This document shows positions 29,136 through 41,672 of a stretch of DNA of 64,000 nucleotides, in pieces. The stretch comes from an uncultured Bacteroidota bacterium (GTDB lineage Bacteria; Bacteroidota; Bacteroidia; Flavobacteriales; Flavobacteriaceae), in the NCBI GenBank assembly GCA_902550325.1, contig CACCYT010000002.1:53929-117928 (forward strand), given 5' to 3'. The notes under the pieces are model-generated. The model searched no databases, was not told where the DNA came from, and was given only the letters and a program-made list of their open reading frames with translations. The position numbers and the translations under genes are program-made. How positions within the stretch are numbered: position 1 is the first letter of the stretch; the number at the start of each line of letters is the position of its first letter.

Positions 29136-29169
29136 CAAAACTATTTCAGAGGTTGAATAGGGGCACAAA
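29136..29169 (-). promoter_or_regulatory. Candidate promoter for rplS (minus strand): TTTG-N22-TAgtTTTG
   Basis: Plus-strand caaaacta at 29136-29143 is the reverse complement of a perfect TAnnTTTG, 33 nt upstream of the rplS start. caaa at 29166-29169 gives a -33 TTTG, but with slightly long 22-nt spacing. Confidence 0.3.
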
Positions 29170-29197
29170 CATAAACAATTTGATTTTAAAAATAAAA

Positions 29198-29878
29198 TTA
29201 TTCATCAAGCATTTCAGGCCTTAATTTATTTGTTTTCTCGATCGATTTTTTTTCCCTCCAATCTTCAATTTTAGTTTTATCACCAGATAAAAGTAGGTCA
29301 GGTACCCTTATATTATTATAGTTGGAGGGCCTTGTATAAACTGGAGGAGCCAAAAGATTATCTTGAAATGAATCTGTTAGTGCACTAGTTTCATTATTTA
29401 AAACACCTGGAATTAATCGGATTATAGAGTCACAGAGTACAACTGCAGGTAATTCTCCACCTGATAAAACATAATTACCAATTGACAACTCCATTGTAAT
29501 AAGATTATCTCTTACCCTTTGATCAACACCCTTGTAATGTCCACAAATTATAATAATATTCTTAAGAGTAGATAATCTATTTGAAATTTTTTGATTTAGT
29601 AATATTGCATCAGGGGTCATTAATATGATTTCATCATAATTATTATATTTTTTTAATTCCCTTATACAATTATCAATAGGTTCAATCATTAGGACCATTC
29701 CAGAACCTCCACCAAATTGATAATCATCAATTTTTTGATGTTTATCACTACTGTAATTCCTTAAGTTATGAAAATGAATTTGAACTATTTTCTTATCAAT
29801 TGCTCTTTTTAGAATTGAGTCAGAAAAGGGGCTTTCTAATAATTCTGGTGTTGCACTTAAAATGTCAATTCTCATCAC
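29198..29878 (-). CDS. trmD: tRNA (guanine37-N1)-methyltransferase
   Basis: 226 aa. MRIDILSATPE, DDYQFGGGSGMV, CGHYKGVDQRV, SIGNYVLSGGELPA (SPOUT knot). Confidence 0.9.
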   Translation of the reverse strand: MMRIDILSATPELLESPFSDSILKRAIDKKIVQIHFHNLRNYSSDKHQKIDDYQFGGGSGMVLMIEPIDNCIRELKKYNNYDEIILMTPDAILLNQKISNRLSTLKNIIIICGHYKGVDQRVRDNLITMELSIGNYVLSGGELPAVVLCDSIIRLIPGVLNNETSALTDSFQDNLLAPPVYTRPSNYNNIRVPDLLLSGDKTKIEDWREKKSIEKTNKLRPEMLDE

Positions 29879-29884
29879 TTTAAG

Positions 29885-31288
29885 CTAATCAAAAATCAAT
29901 CTCTCTTTGTTTCCATCTAAATCTATGAAGGAAATTTGATAAATATTTTCTTTTTCGAAAGATCTTAAGTCGGTAGTTGAACCTATAATTTTTTCGTTAA
30001 TTTCTGTTAATACGTAACCAGGCCTAATACCCATTCTGTATAAAGTTGAATTTCTATTAACTACAACTGTTAAACCATTTTCAATGTTTAGATTCTCCAA
30101 ATATTTTTTATTTGAATTTTTCAATTGCATCCCGTAAAACTGTACGTAGGTGCTAACCTTGAGCGAAACATTTAAATCCATTATTTTACCTTCTCGATCA
30201 ATTGTAACACTCAAATTATCACCTGGTCTTTTCGAATTTAAATAACCTGATAGATCTGAAAACTTAGTTATTTGAACATCGTCAATTTGTAAAATAATGT
30301 CTCCGTTTCTCATCCCTGCAAGGTGTGCTCCCATTTCAGGATCAGTTTCATTAATATAAAACCCTTCGGTTTTGGTAATTCCCAGTTCTTTGGCATTTTC
30401 TGAGTTTAAGCTCTGACCAGTAACTCCCAATAGTCCTCTTTGTACATCTCCAAACTCAAGGATATCCTCAAAAATTTTTCTTGCTATGTTGCTGGGAACA
30501 GCAAAAGAATAACCAATAAAACCAGCATTGTTACTTTGAATAGCAGTATTAATACCAATTAAGTCACCATCAATATTCACTAGTGCTCCTCCACTGTTTC
30601 CGCTATTTACAGCTGCATCAGTCTGAATAAATGATTGATTCTTTGAATCAAAATCACTTAAATCTCTAGATTTTGCACTTATTATACCTGCAGTTACTGT
30701 TGATGTGAGATTAAATGGATTTCCAACGGCTAGAACCCATTCTCCAATTTTAGTTTGGTCAGAATCAGCAAAAATTATATACGGAAACTTTATATTATCG
30801 TCAATCTTCAGAATTGCAATATCACTGTTTTCATCATATCCAATTAACTCAGCACTAAATGATTTATTATCATTTGTTGTTACTTCAATTGAGCTGGCAT
30901 TATCTATTACGTGGTAGTTTGTAATTATATAACCATCACTCGAAACAATAACCCCTGAGCCAGTACCAATTGTTCTTTTCTGCTGTGAATTACCATAAAA
31001 AAGGTCCCACAAAGAATTTGAACTCTTATTCAATGCAGTATTTTTTACATGAACTACAGAGTTGATTGTTTTTTCAGCAGCTATAGTAAAATCAGGGTTT
31101 TGAAATTTTTTTAAATCTTGGAATTGATTTATACTATTATTTCCTGATGTATGGATGATTTCTAAATCATTGAAAGAGTTAGTTTTTTGTTCGAACCTGT
31201 CAATTGTAATGTTCACTATCAATGACACAACAATTACAAGCACTGTTATATAGAATATTTTTAAAATTCTCATTCTTTTTTTTTTCAA
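29885..31288 (-). CDS. HtrA/DegP-family periplasmic serine endoprotease (trypsin-like domain plus PDZ)
   Basis: N-terminal TM anchor, catalytic His (TNYHVI), Asp (DIAILK) and Ser (GNSGGALV), followed by PDZ-like region(s). An A10 run follows the ATG. M6 (MRILK) is an alternative start. Confidence 0.85.
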   Translation of the reverse strand: MKKKRMRILKIFYITVLVIVVSLIVNITIDRFEQKTNSFNDLEIIHTSGNNSINQFQDLKKFQNPDFTIAAEKTINSVVHVKNTALNKSSNSLWDLFYGNSQQKRTIGTGSGVIVSSDGYIITNYHVIDNASSIEVTTNDNKSFSAELIGYDENSDIAILKIDDNIKFPYIIFADSDQTKIGEWVLAVGNPFNLTSTVTAGIISAKSRDLSDFDSKNQSFIQTDAAVNSGNSGGALVNIDGDLIGINTAIQSNNAGFIGYSFAVPSNIARKIFEDILEFGDVQRGLLGVTGQSLNSENAKELGITKTEGFYINETDPEMGAHLAGMRNGDIILQIDDVQITKFSDLSGYLNSKRPGDNLSVTIDREGKIMDLNVSLKVSTYVQFYGMQLKNSNKKYLENLNIENGLTVVVNRNSTLYRMGIRPGYVLTEINEKIIGSTTDLRSFEKENIYQISFIDLDGNKERLIFD

Positions 31289-31365
31289 AAATAAATTATT
31301 TCCAATTTTTAATTTAACATTTAACTTCTTTTTAACATTATCTCAATATTTTTATATTGCATTAA

Positions 31366-32145
31366 ATGAAAGTTAGTTTTAGTAAATATCATGGCAATGG
31401 CAATGATTTCATTATTGTTGATGGAATTAATAATAGTTTAACGGATATAAATCACGATAAAATTCAAACTTTGTGTGATAGACGAACAGGAATAGGAGCA
31501 GATGGGTTCATTATTATAAAATCGAATTTGGACAGCGATTATGAGATGGTTTATTACAATTGTGATGGTAAAATTGGTTCCTTTTGTGGTAATGGTGCTA
31601 GATGTGCTTATGATTTTTCAATTAAAAATGGTATCACTAAAAATATTTCAAAGTTTAAAGCCCATGATGGGTTTCATTCTGCTAGTTTTTCAGGTGATAA
31701 AATTTCGATATCAATTAATGAAGTAAATAATTTTAAAAAAATTGGTATGAATTATTTTGTTGATACTGGTTCTCCACATTTGGTAATGTTTAATCAGGAT
31801 TTGGAAAAATTAAAAATTGAGGATGAATTTATTAAAAGACAAGTTGACAACCTTTTTAAAGATGATGGTGTTAACGTTAATTTTGTATCAAGAAAAAATA
31901 ATAATACATTTTTAGCTAGAACTTTTGAGAGAGGTGTTAATGCTGAGACTCTCTCTTGTGGCACCGGAGCTGTTGCAATCGCAATTTGTGCTAAATTAAA
32001 ATATGATTTTCAAAATAAATGGGTGAATATTGTAACTAAAGGTGGAGATTTGACAGTGAATTTCAAAAAAGATAATAGTAAATTCATTGATATTTTTCTT
32101 GAGGGTAATGCTAAACATGTATTTGATGGAACATTTTATTTATGA
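31366..32145 (+). CDS. dapF: Diaminopimelate epimerase
   Basis: FSKYHGNGNDFIIVD, the first catalytic Cys in FCGNGARC and the second in SCGTGAVA. 259 aa. Confidence 0.85.
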   Translation: MKVSFSKYHGNGNDFIIVDGINNSLTDINHDKIQTLCDRRTGIGADGFIIIKSNLDSDYEMVYYNCDGKIGSFCGNGARCAYDFSIKNGITKNISKFKAHDGFHSASFSGDKISISINEVNNFKKIGMNYFVDTGSPHLVMFNQDLEKLKIEDEFIKRQVDNLFKDDGVNVNFVSRKNNNTFLARTFERGVNAETLSCGTGAVAIAICAKLKYDFQNKWVNIVTKGGDLTVNFKKDNSKFIDIFLEGNAKHVFDGTFYL

Positions 32146-33176
32146 AGATAATCTCTAAAATTTTTGTTATAATTTCTCTTGCGATAATTGTATTTATATC
32201 ATACACAGGATTTAAAATATTTTTTAAGTCTAACACATCATTCGAAGATAATTTTGTTTATTTCTATGTTAAGTCAGGCTCCAGCTCCGAAGATTTATTA
32301 AATTCAATCTCTAGCTATATCACTGATATTGATACATTTACAAAAGCAGCAAAGACAAAAAAATATCTTGAAAATATAAAAGCAGGTCGATTTAAATTAA
32401 ATAAAGGAGATAACAATAATAATATTATTAATTCTTTAAGATCCAAAAACATCCCTGTAAAAGTAACATTTAATAATATTCAGACAATTCAAGAGCTGAG
32501 TGGTTATATTTCAAATAAAATTGAGGCTGATAGCATGAGCCTAATAAATTCTTTTACCAATAAAGATTTTTTGAAAAATTTAAACTTAACAAGTGATTCA
32601 GTTTTGTCATTATTTTTACCTAACACCTATGAGTTTTTTTGGAATACAAGTGCAGATGATTTTCGTGAAAAAATGATTAAAGAGTTTAATATTTATTGGA
32701 ATGAAAATAGAATTAAGAAAGCTTCAGATATTAACTTAAACCCTATTGAGGTTTCTATATTAGCATCAATTGTTCAGAAGGAAACACCCAAGGTTGACGA
32801 AAGACCTACAATCGCAGGTGTTTATTTGAACAGACTTAGTAGGGGAATGAAACTACAAGCAGATCCAACAATTGTTTATGTAATTAAAAAACAAAAAGGT
32901 TTTGATAAAATAATAAAAAGAGTTTTGTATAGGGACTTAAGAATAAAGTCTGCTTATAATACCTACTTGAATAAGGGTTTACCACCTGGCCCAATTGTTA
33001 CGCCAGATTTTTCAGCAATTGAAGCAGTATTAAATCCAGTAAAACACAACTTTATATTTTTTGTTGCTGATGTTTCTAATCCTGGTTATCATTTATTTTC
33101 AAGAACACTTGTTGAGCATAACAGAAAAAAAAGACAATATACTAGATGGTTGAAAGAGAGAAATATAAAAAGATAA
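32142..33176 (+). CDS. mltG: Endolytic murein transglycosylase MltG (YceG family)
   Basis: N-terminal TM helix, ILASIVQKET, RPTIAGVYLNRL..GM.LQADPTV.Y, YNTY...GLPPGPI (YceG signature). It overlaps the dapF stop by 4 nt. Confidence 0.85.
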   Translation: MKIISKIFVIISLAIIVFISYTGFKIFFKSNTSFEDNFVYFYVKSGSSSEDLLNSISSYITDIDTFTKAAKTKKYLENIKAGRFKLNKGDNNNNIINSLRSKNIPVKVTFNNIQTIQELSGYISNKIEADSMSLINSFTNKDFLKNLNLTSDSVLSLFLPNTYEFFWNTSADDFREKMIKEFNIYWNENRIKKASDINLNPIEVSILASIVQKETPKVDERPTIAGVYLNRLSRGMKLQADPTIVYVIKKQKGFDKIIKRVLYRDLRIKSAYNTYLNKGLPPGPIVTPDFSAIEAVLNPVKHNFIFFVADVSNPGYHLFSRTLVEHNRKKRQYTRWLKERNIKR

Positions 33177-33243
33177 AACATTGATAATCAGATAATTAAA
33201 AAAAAGCTTAAGTTTGCAACGCAATAAAAAATATTTTTTACAA

Positions 33244-33876
33244 ATGAATATTTTTATTTTAATCAAATTAATAAGCAACAGATCTTCATTTTTATATTCA
33301 ATCATTTTACTGTTGTTAACTGGGTTTTCCGAAACTACAGAAAAAACATCCGTGTTTTATTTAGTAGAAGAAAAACCAGATTTATTTTCAAAATCATCTA
33401 CAGTTCCATTCATAGAAAAGGATTTTATAGGTTTTAGAGAGTTCCTAGGGTTCTTTGAGTCAGGATCTGATTACAGAAAAATTAATCGTTTCGGATACTT
33501 AGGCAAATATCAATTTGGGAAAGGTACACTTAAAATATATGGTGTTACTGATACAAATGATTTTATTTATAATCCTGAGTTGCAAGAAAAAGTTTTTTTG
33601 ATGAATATAAAAAGGAATAAATGGATTTTGAGAAGGGAAATTAAAAAGTATTCAAATAAATCTTTAGGAGACTTGTTCATTACAGAGTCTGGAATTTTAG
33701 CTGCTGCTCACTTGTCTGGTCCAGGAAATGTTAAAAAATTTTTAAGAAACAAGGGTGCAACTGATTTCAATAAAAAAGACGCAAATGGAACATCAATAAG
33801 TGATTATATAAGAATTTTTAAAAATTATAGTCTAATCAAGATTGAACAAGAAAGAAGACCTAAGATTAGTCAGTAA
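33244..33876 (+). CDS. Membrane-anchored hypothetical protein with a lysozyme/transglycosylase-like domain, conserved in Flavobacteriia
   Basis: The hydrophobic N-terminus is followed by ESGSDYRKINRFGYLGKYQFGKGTL...NPELQEKVF...ITESGILAAAHLSGPGNVKKFL. I recall this family in flavobacteria (often annotated peptidoglycan-binding or hypothetical) but cannot verify it. The start is set at ATG 33244; the track TTG start is 33214. Confidence 0.45.
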   Translation: MNIFILIKLISNRSSFLYSIILLLLTGFSETTEKTSVFYLVEEKPDLFSKSSTVPFIEKDFIGFREFLGFFESGSDYRKINRFGYLGKYQFGKGTLKIYGVTDTNDFIYNPELQEKVFLMNIKRNKWILRREIKKYSNKSLGDLFITESGILAAAHLSGPGNVKKFLRNKGATDFNKKDANGTSISDYIRIFKNYSLIKIEQERRPKISQ

Positions 33877-35287
33877 ACCTTTTATCCAAATCTTCAACAT
33901 ATTTCCTGAACTGTTTATCCGTGAAGGCTAAATTATCAACAGTCTTACACGCATGAAGAACGGTTGCATGATCCCTATGTCCAATTTTAGTTCCGATACT
34001 CGCCAAGGATGCCTTTGTAAACTTTTTTGAAAAAAACATCGCTAATTGTCTTGCTTGAACAATATGTCTTTTTCTAGTTTTTGATTGTAATGTATTAACA
34101 TCCATCTGAAAATAATCAGAAACAACTTTTTGAATTTGATCAATTGAAATTTCCTTCTTGGTATTTTTTACAAATTTTTCAACAATAACTTTAGCCAGCT
34201 CTAGTGTGATTTGCTTTTTATTGAACGATGACTGTGCCATTAGCGATATTATAGCTCCCTCAAGTTCTCTGATATTAGTTTTTATGTGTTTTGCTACATA
34301 ATAGATTATATCATCTTCCATCTCAACCCCATCTCTTGCTAGCTTATTTTTTATAATTGAAATTCTTGTTTCATAATCGGGTGTTTGCAGCTCAGCGGAA
34401 AGTCCCCATTTGAATCTTGACAATAATCTTTGTTCAATTTCTTGCATATCAACAGGTGCTTTGTCGGATGTTAATACGACTTGTTTTCCATTTTGATGCA
34501 GGTGATTAAATATGTGGAAGAAAACATCCTGAGTTCCAGACTTACCAGAGAAAAATTGAACATCGTCAATAATTAAAACATCAATGAGCTGATAAAAATG
34601 AATAAAATCATTTCTGTTATTTTTCTTTACTGAGTCAACATATTGTTGAGTAAACTTTTCAGCGGAAATATATAAAACAGTTTTTTCAGGAAATGCTTGT
34701 TTAACGTTTATTCCTATTGCATTAGCAAGGTGTGTTTTTCCAAGACCAACACCCCCAAAAATAAGTAATGGATTAAAAGAAGTGCCACCAGGTCTTTTAG
34801 AAACTGCGTAACCAGCTGATCTTGCCAATCTGTTTGAATCACCCTCAAGAAAATTTTCAAAATTGTAATTGAGATTTAGTTGTGAATCAATTTTCAAATT
34901 TTTAATTCCTGGAATTATAAAGGGATTTGTCAAATTTGCTTTTAAGAAATTTGGTGAGCTGTCTAAATTTTGTGATTTAATTTTTGGTTTATATTCACTA
35001 GGGATTTTTTCTGTAAAACTAGATTCATTTCCAAATTTGTTTTCCATTCTTATAATGTATACAAGCTTAGCATCTTTCCCTAATTCTTTAGTTAAAGCAA
35101 CTTTTAAAAGCTTTACATAATGTTCTTCAAGCCACTCATAAAAGAATTTGCTTGGAACTTGCACACTTAATATATTGTCTTGAAGTTTAATTGGAATAAT
35201 TGGTTCAAACCATGTTTTGTATGCCTGCAATTGAATATTGTCTTTCACAAATGATAGACAGTTATTCCAAACAGTTAATGCAGTCAT
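33866..35287 (-). CDS. dnaA: Chromosomal replication initiator protein DnaA
   Basis: WNNCLSFVKDNI..., AAA+ Walker A GGVGLGKTHL, Walker B LIIDDVQF, and the C-terminal DNA-binding domain (RKRHIVQARQLAMFFSK..T..SL..IG...G.RDHATVLHACK). Confidence 0.95.
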   Translation of the reverse strand: MTALTVWNNCLSFVKDNIQLQAYKTWFEPIIPIKLQDNILSVQVPSKFFYEWLEEHYVKLLKVALTKELGKDAKLVYIIRMENKFGNESSFTEKIPSEYKPKIKSQNLDSSPNFLKANLTNPFIIPGIKNLKIDSQLNLNYNFENFLEGDSNRLARSAGYAVSKRPGGTSFNPLLIFGGVGLGKTHLANAIGINVKQAFPEKTVLYISAEKFTQQYVDSVKKNNRNDFIHFYQLIDVLIIDDVQFFSGKSGTQDVFFHIFNHLHQNGKQVVLTSDKAPVDMQEIEQRLLSRFKWGLSAELQTPDYETRISIIKNKLARDGVEMEDDIIYYVAKHIKTNIRELEGAIISLMAQSSFNKKQITLELAKVIVEKFVKNTKKEISIDQIQKVVSDYFQMDVNTLQSKTRKRHIVQARQLAMFFSKKFTKASLASIGTKIGHRDHATVLHACKTVDNLAFTDKQFRKYVEDLDKRFTD

Positions 35288-35457
35288 ACAAACAAAAATT
35301 TATTTTTGGTTTTAAAAAAAATTTTAATAATCGAGAATGATTTTCAAACTTCTTATACTAACAAATATGTACATTTTTTTTTTAAAAAAAAATCATTTTG
35401 CTATTGAATTTTAAAAATCTTTTTTCGATATTATGAAGACATAAAATACATTAGTAT

Positions 35458-35865
35458 TTGCATAAAAAAAAATCATTTTATAAATCTCTTACAGTCAGGT
35501 ATTCCGAGACTGATTCAATGTCTTATTCTCATCACAGCAACTATTTAAAATACTATGAAATTGGTAGATTAGATTGGCTTAAAAAAATTGGTTTCTCATA
35601 TTTTGAAATGGAAAAAAATGATGTAATTCTTCCAGTAGTTGAAACAAAAATTGTATTTAGAAAACCTGCCTACTTTGAAGATAAACTCAAAATAAAAACT
35701 ACCCTTTTAAATTTTCCATCTTACTCAATAGAGTTTCAATACGAAATATTTAAAGACAAGATTTTAATTAATCAAGGTTACACTAAATTAATTTTTTTTA
35801 ACAAAAGAAATAATAAACCAATTAGGTGCCCAAAAAATATATTAGAAGCTATTAGTAGTTCTTAA
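35458..35865 (+). CDS. Acyl-CoA thioesterase, YbgC/4HBT hotdog family
   Basis: VRYSETDSMSYSHHSNYLKYYEIGRLDWL and ILPVVETKIVFRKPAYFEDKL fit the YbgC pattern (V.Y.DTD..g.V.H..Y..yfe.ar...). Only a TTG start keeps the conserved N-terminus. Confidence 0.7.
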   Translation: MHKKKSFYKSLTVRYSETDSMSYSHHSNYLKYYEIGRLDWLKKIGFSYFEMEKNDVILPVVETKIVFRKPAYFEDKLKIKTTLLNFPSYSIEFQYEIFKDKILINQGYTKLIFFNKRNNKPIRCPKNILEAISSS

Positions 35866-36817
35866 AATGGTGTAAGGTATCATTCTCAATTTGAGTTTTT
35901 TTATAATAATTTAATTTTAATTTTGGAGAGTTCGTTCCATCATAAATTTTTTTATCACTTTTAAAAACTCGAGCCTCATCCCAAATGTCACTATCAATAA
36001 ATTTATTCAATGTAAATAGTCCTCCTTCAATTATAACGGATTGTATTTTTTTACTGAATAAATTTTTAGATAAATCATTCGCAGATAATATTTTGCCATT
36101 TGTTTGTATTATTTCAAACCCGTCTAACGCCTCCAAATTACGACTCACAATAAATTTTCTATTTTTTGTATTATTCCAGTTCCTTACATTTAGAAAAGAG
36201 TTATCATTTTTTTTTGTTTTTCGTCCAATCATTATGGCATGTTCCTGACTTCTCCATTTATGGACAATTTGTTTGGATAATTCATTTGATATCCAATGTG
36301 GCCTTTTAATATTTTTGGTCTTAGGAGCTATAAAACCATCCAATGATTCTGCCCATTTTAGTATGATGTAAGGTCTTTTTTTTTCAAAGTATACAATAAG
36401 TCTTTTGTGTAAATCTTTACAAAGATCCTCTAATATTCCATATTTAACATTAACACCATGATCCTTTAGATATTTTATTCCTTTGGATTTTACTAGGGGA
36501 TTGGGGTCCTCACAACCAATTACCACATTTTTTATGCCTCTTTTAACAATCTCATTTGTGCATGGTGGTGTTTTACCATAATGACAACAAGGTTCTAGAG
36601 TTACAAAAAGTGTTGACTTTTTAAATAGAGACGGATCTTTAACATTTATTATTGTATTTATTTCTGAGTGATTACCACCAGCCTTACTAGTGAATCCCTC
36701 AGAAATAATTTTTCCATCACAAAAAAGTAATGATCCTACATTAGGATTTGGATATGTCAATCCTAGAACAGACTTTCCAATTTCGACACATCTATTCATT
36801 AATTTTTCCTCATTCAT
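35852..36817 (-). CDS. ribD: Bifunctional riboflavin biosynthesis protein RibD (pyrimidine deaminase/uracil reductase)
   Basis: Deaminase zinc motifs HSEINTI and TLEPCCHYGKTPPC, followed by a RibD_C reductase domain (ILKWAESLDGFIA). Confidence 0.9.
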   Translation of the reverse strand: MNEEKLMNRCVEIGKSVLGLTYPNPNVGSLLFCDGKIISEGFTSKAGGNHSEINTIINVKDPSLFKKSTLFVTLEPCCHYGKTPPCTNEIVKRGIKNVVIGCEDPNPLVKSKGIKYLKDHGVNVKYGILEDLCKDLHKRLIVYFEKKRPYIILKWAESLDGFIAPKTKNIKRPHWISNELSKQIVHKWRSQEHAIMIGRKTKKNDNSFLNVRNWNNTKNRKFIVSRNLEALDGFEIIQTNGKILSANDLSKNLFSKKIQSVIIEGGLFTLNKFIDSDIWDEARVFKSDKKIYDGTNSPKLKLNYYKKTQIENDTLHHFKNY

Positions 36818-36861
36818 AGGGCTTATAAATCATTATATTTATAGAATACTAATTTACAAAA

Positions 36862-37340
36862 ATGAAATTTGAAATCAGAAAGATTATTAACGAGGATAAT
36901 CAGAGGGTTAAAGAGGTATTAGTTAGTGTAATGAAAGAATTTGATGTTCCAGAAAATGGTACTGCCTTAAGTGATCCAGAATTAAATGATATGTTTGGAT
37001 CATATAAAAATAATAAAAGCATTTACTTAGTTGTAGTTGTTGATAACGAAATATTTGGAGGGGCTGGAATAAGCATGTTAAATGGTCAAAAAAAAAATAT
37101 TTGTGAGCTTCAAAAAATGTATTTTTTACCAAAAATTAGAAATTATGGCATAGGAAGAATATTAATTGAAAAATGTATAGAATTTGCCAAAAATGCTGGA
37201 TACGAATTTTGTTATATTGAGACCATGCATAACATGAAATTAGCACAAAATTTATACAAAAAATATAATTTTAAAAAAATCCATGAACCATTGGGAATGA
37301 CTGGTCATACATCTTGCCCTGTTTGGATGTTAAAAAAATT

Positions 37341-37344
<4 letters not shown>
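36862..37344 (+). CDS. GNAT family N-acetyltransferase
   Basis: 160 aa. The acetyl-CoA binding motif A (LQKMYFLPKIRNYGIGRILIEKCIEFAK) and YKKYNFKKI are typical of GNAT. Confidence 0.75.
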
Positions 37345-40170
<2,826 letters not shown>

Positions 40171-40180
40171 ATAATAATAT

Positions 40181-40699
40181 TTGAAAAAGTTATTAATAAA
40201 AATAAAAAATAAGTTTTTGCAAAAAAAAATTGATAATTCAATTACATCACTGTCATCAAAGATTCGAGAATTTAAAAAGCCCATAAGAAAAGTCGGATTC
40301 ATAGTAGACTCTGAGCTTGAAATTGATTATTTAGATATAGTTCGTTTAACCGAAAATATAGGATTGAAAGAAAAAGATTTAAAAGTAGTTAGTTATTCAA
40401 AAACCGTTTTTAATGATCCTTTTTATAAAATGAGAGTTTCAGATGAATCCATAAATTTTTTTGGTAATATAAACTCTGCAGATGCTAATGAATTTATTTC
40501 TTATGATTATGATCTATTAATAAATTATTTTGGAAAAAATAAAATATTATCATTAATTTCTTCAAAAAGTAATGCAAAATTCAGGGTTGGTTTTGAAAAA
40601 TCAAACCCAAAACTAAATGATATTATATTTAAAAATATTTATAATAATTTTGGAAAGTTTAGCAATCAGTTGGTTAAATATTTAAAGATTCTTAAATAA
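40181..40699 (+). CDS. Conserved hypothetical protein (flavobacterial ligA-dapA interval protein)
   Basis: 172-aa ORF with a TTG start and a conserved-looking core (VGFIVDSE..., YDLLINYFGKN..., AKFRVGFEKSNPKLNDI). I recall a DUF family at this syntenic position in Flavobacteriia but cannot verify the name. Confidence 0.5.
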   Translation: MKKLLIKIKNKFLQKKIDNSITSLSSKIREFKKPIRKVGFIVDSELEIDYLDIVRLTENIGLKEKDLKVVSYSKTVFNDPFYKMRVSDESINFFGNINSADANEFISYDYDLLINYFGKNKILSLISSKSNAKFRVGFEKSNPKLNDIIFKNIYNNFGKFSNQLVKYLKILK

Positions 40700-40715
40700 A
40701 TAAAAGTTAAAACGA

Positions 40716-41672
40716 ATGTCAAACTACAAAATTAACCCTTTCATTTTCGAAAAAAATAAATCAATTTTTGCAGGTGTTGGAGTTGCATCCGTCACCCCAT
40801 TTGATGTAAATGGCAATATTGATTTAGATGCAATCGAAAAACTTTGTGAATATTTTTTTTTAGGTGGAGTTTCATATGTAGTTGTTCAGGGTACTACAGG
40901 TGAGTCATCAACATTAAGTGATAAGGAAAAAGAAATTGTTAATAAAAGGTTTGTTAACTCATTGAAAAATAAGCTACCAGTTATTTTAGGTATCAGTTCA
41001 AACAGTACTTCGGAGTTGTGTGATTTAATTAATAAAACTGATACCACTGGTTTTGAGGCAATTATGTCAGTTTGTCCATACTACAATAAGCCTTCCCAGG
41101 ATGGTATTTTTCAGCACTTTAAAAGTGCAGTTGATATATCCCCTTTACCAATATTACTTTACAATGTTCCTGGAAGAACGTCCTTAGATATGACTGATGA
41201 AACAATTATAAAACTAAGTTCCTACTCAAAAAAAATTATTGGAGTCAAGGAGGCATCAGGAAATGTAAATAGAATAGTTAATCTAAGGAACAATACACAT
41301 GATGACTTCTTAATTATCTCAGGAGATGATTTTTCTATGATAGATGCTGTAAGATCTGGAGCCGATGGTATAATTTCGGTAGCAGCAAATGCTTATCCAA
41401 ACTTAATGAATTCATCCTACATTAGACTATTGTGGGAGGATGATGATTCAAAACCAAAAAATATTTCAGACTCGAAACTTGAATCATCTAAATTTTTGTT
41501 AAATAATTTTTTTGAACTAATTTTTAAAGAGGGTAGTCCAAGTGGAATAAAGTTTGCATTAAGTCAATTGAATTTGTGTAAAGAAAAAGTTAGGTTACCT
41601 TTGACTGAAATTTCAAGTCCATTGAGAAATAAAATTTTAAAATTTTTAGTAAATCACCCTGATCATGATTAA
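40716..41672 (+). CDS. dapA: 4-hydroxy-tetrahydrodipicolinate synthase
   Basis: GVGVASVTPF, VVVQGTTGES, YNKPSQDG, LYNVPGRT, and Schiff-base Lys in IGVKEASG. At 318 aa it is longer than usual (see findings). Confidence 0.85.
   Translation: MSNYKINPFIFEKNKSIFAGVGVASVTPFDVNGNIDLDAIEKLCEYFFLGGVSYVVVQGTTGESSTLSDKEKEIVNKRFVNSLKNKLPVILGISSNSTSELCDLINKTDTTGFEAIMSVCPYYNKPSQDGIFQHFKSAVDISPLPILLYNVPGRTSLDMTDETIIKLSSYSKKIIGVKEASGNVNRIVNLRNNTHDDFLIISGDDFSMIDAVRSGADGIISVAANAYPNLMNSSYIRLLWEDDDSKPKNISDSKLESSKFLLNNFFELIFKEGSPSGIKFALSQLNLCKEKVRLPLTEISSPLRNKILKFLVNHPDHD

Noticed and set aside
35288-35457. The dnaA upstream spacer could be called as oriC.
   Set aside because: No DnaA-box cluster is visible. 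dnaN, gyrB and rpmH are not arranged around it, and Bacteroidota origins are often remote from dnaA. I report it only as an observation needing GC-skew analysis.
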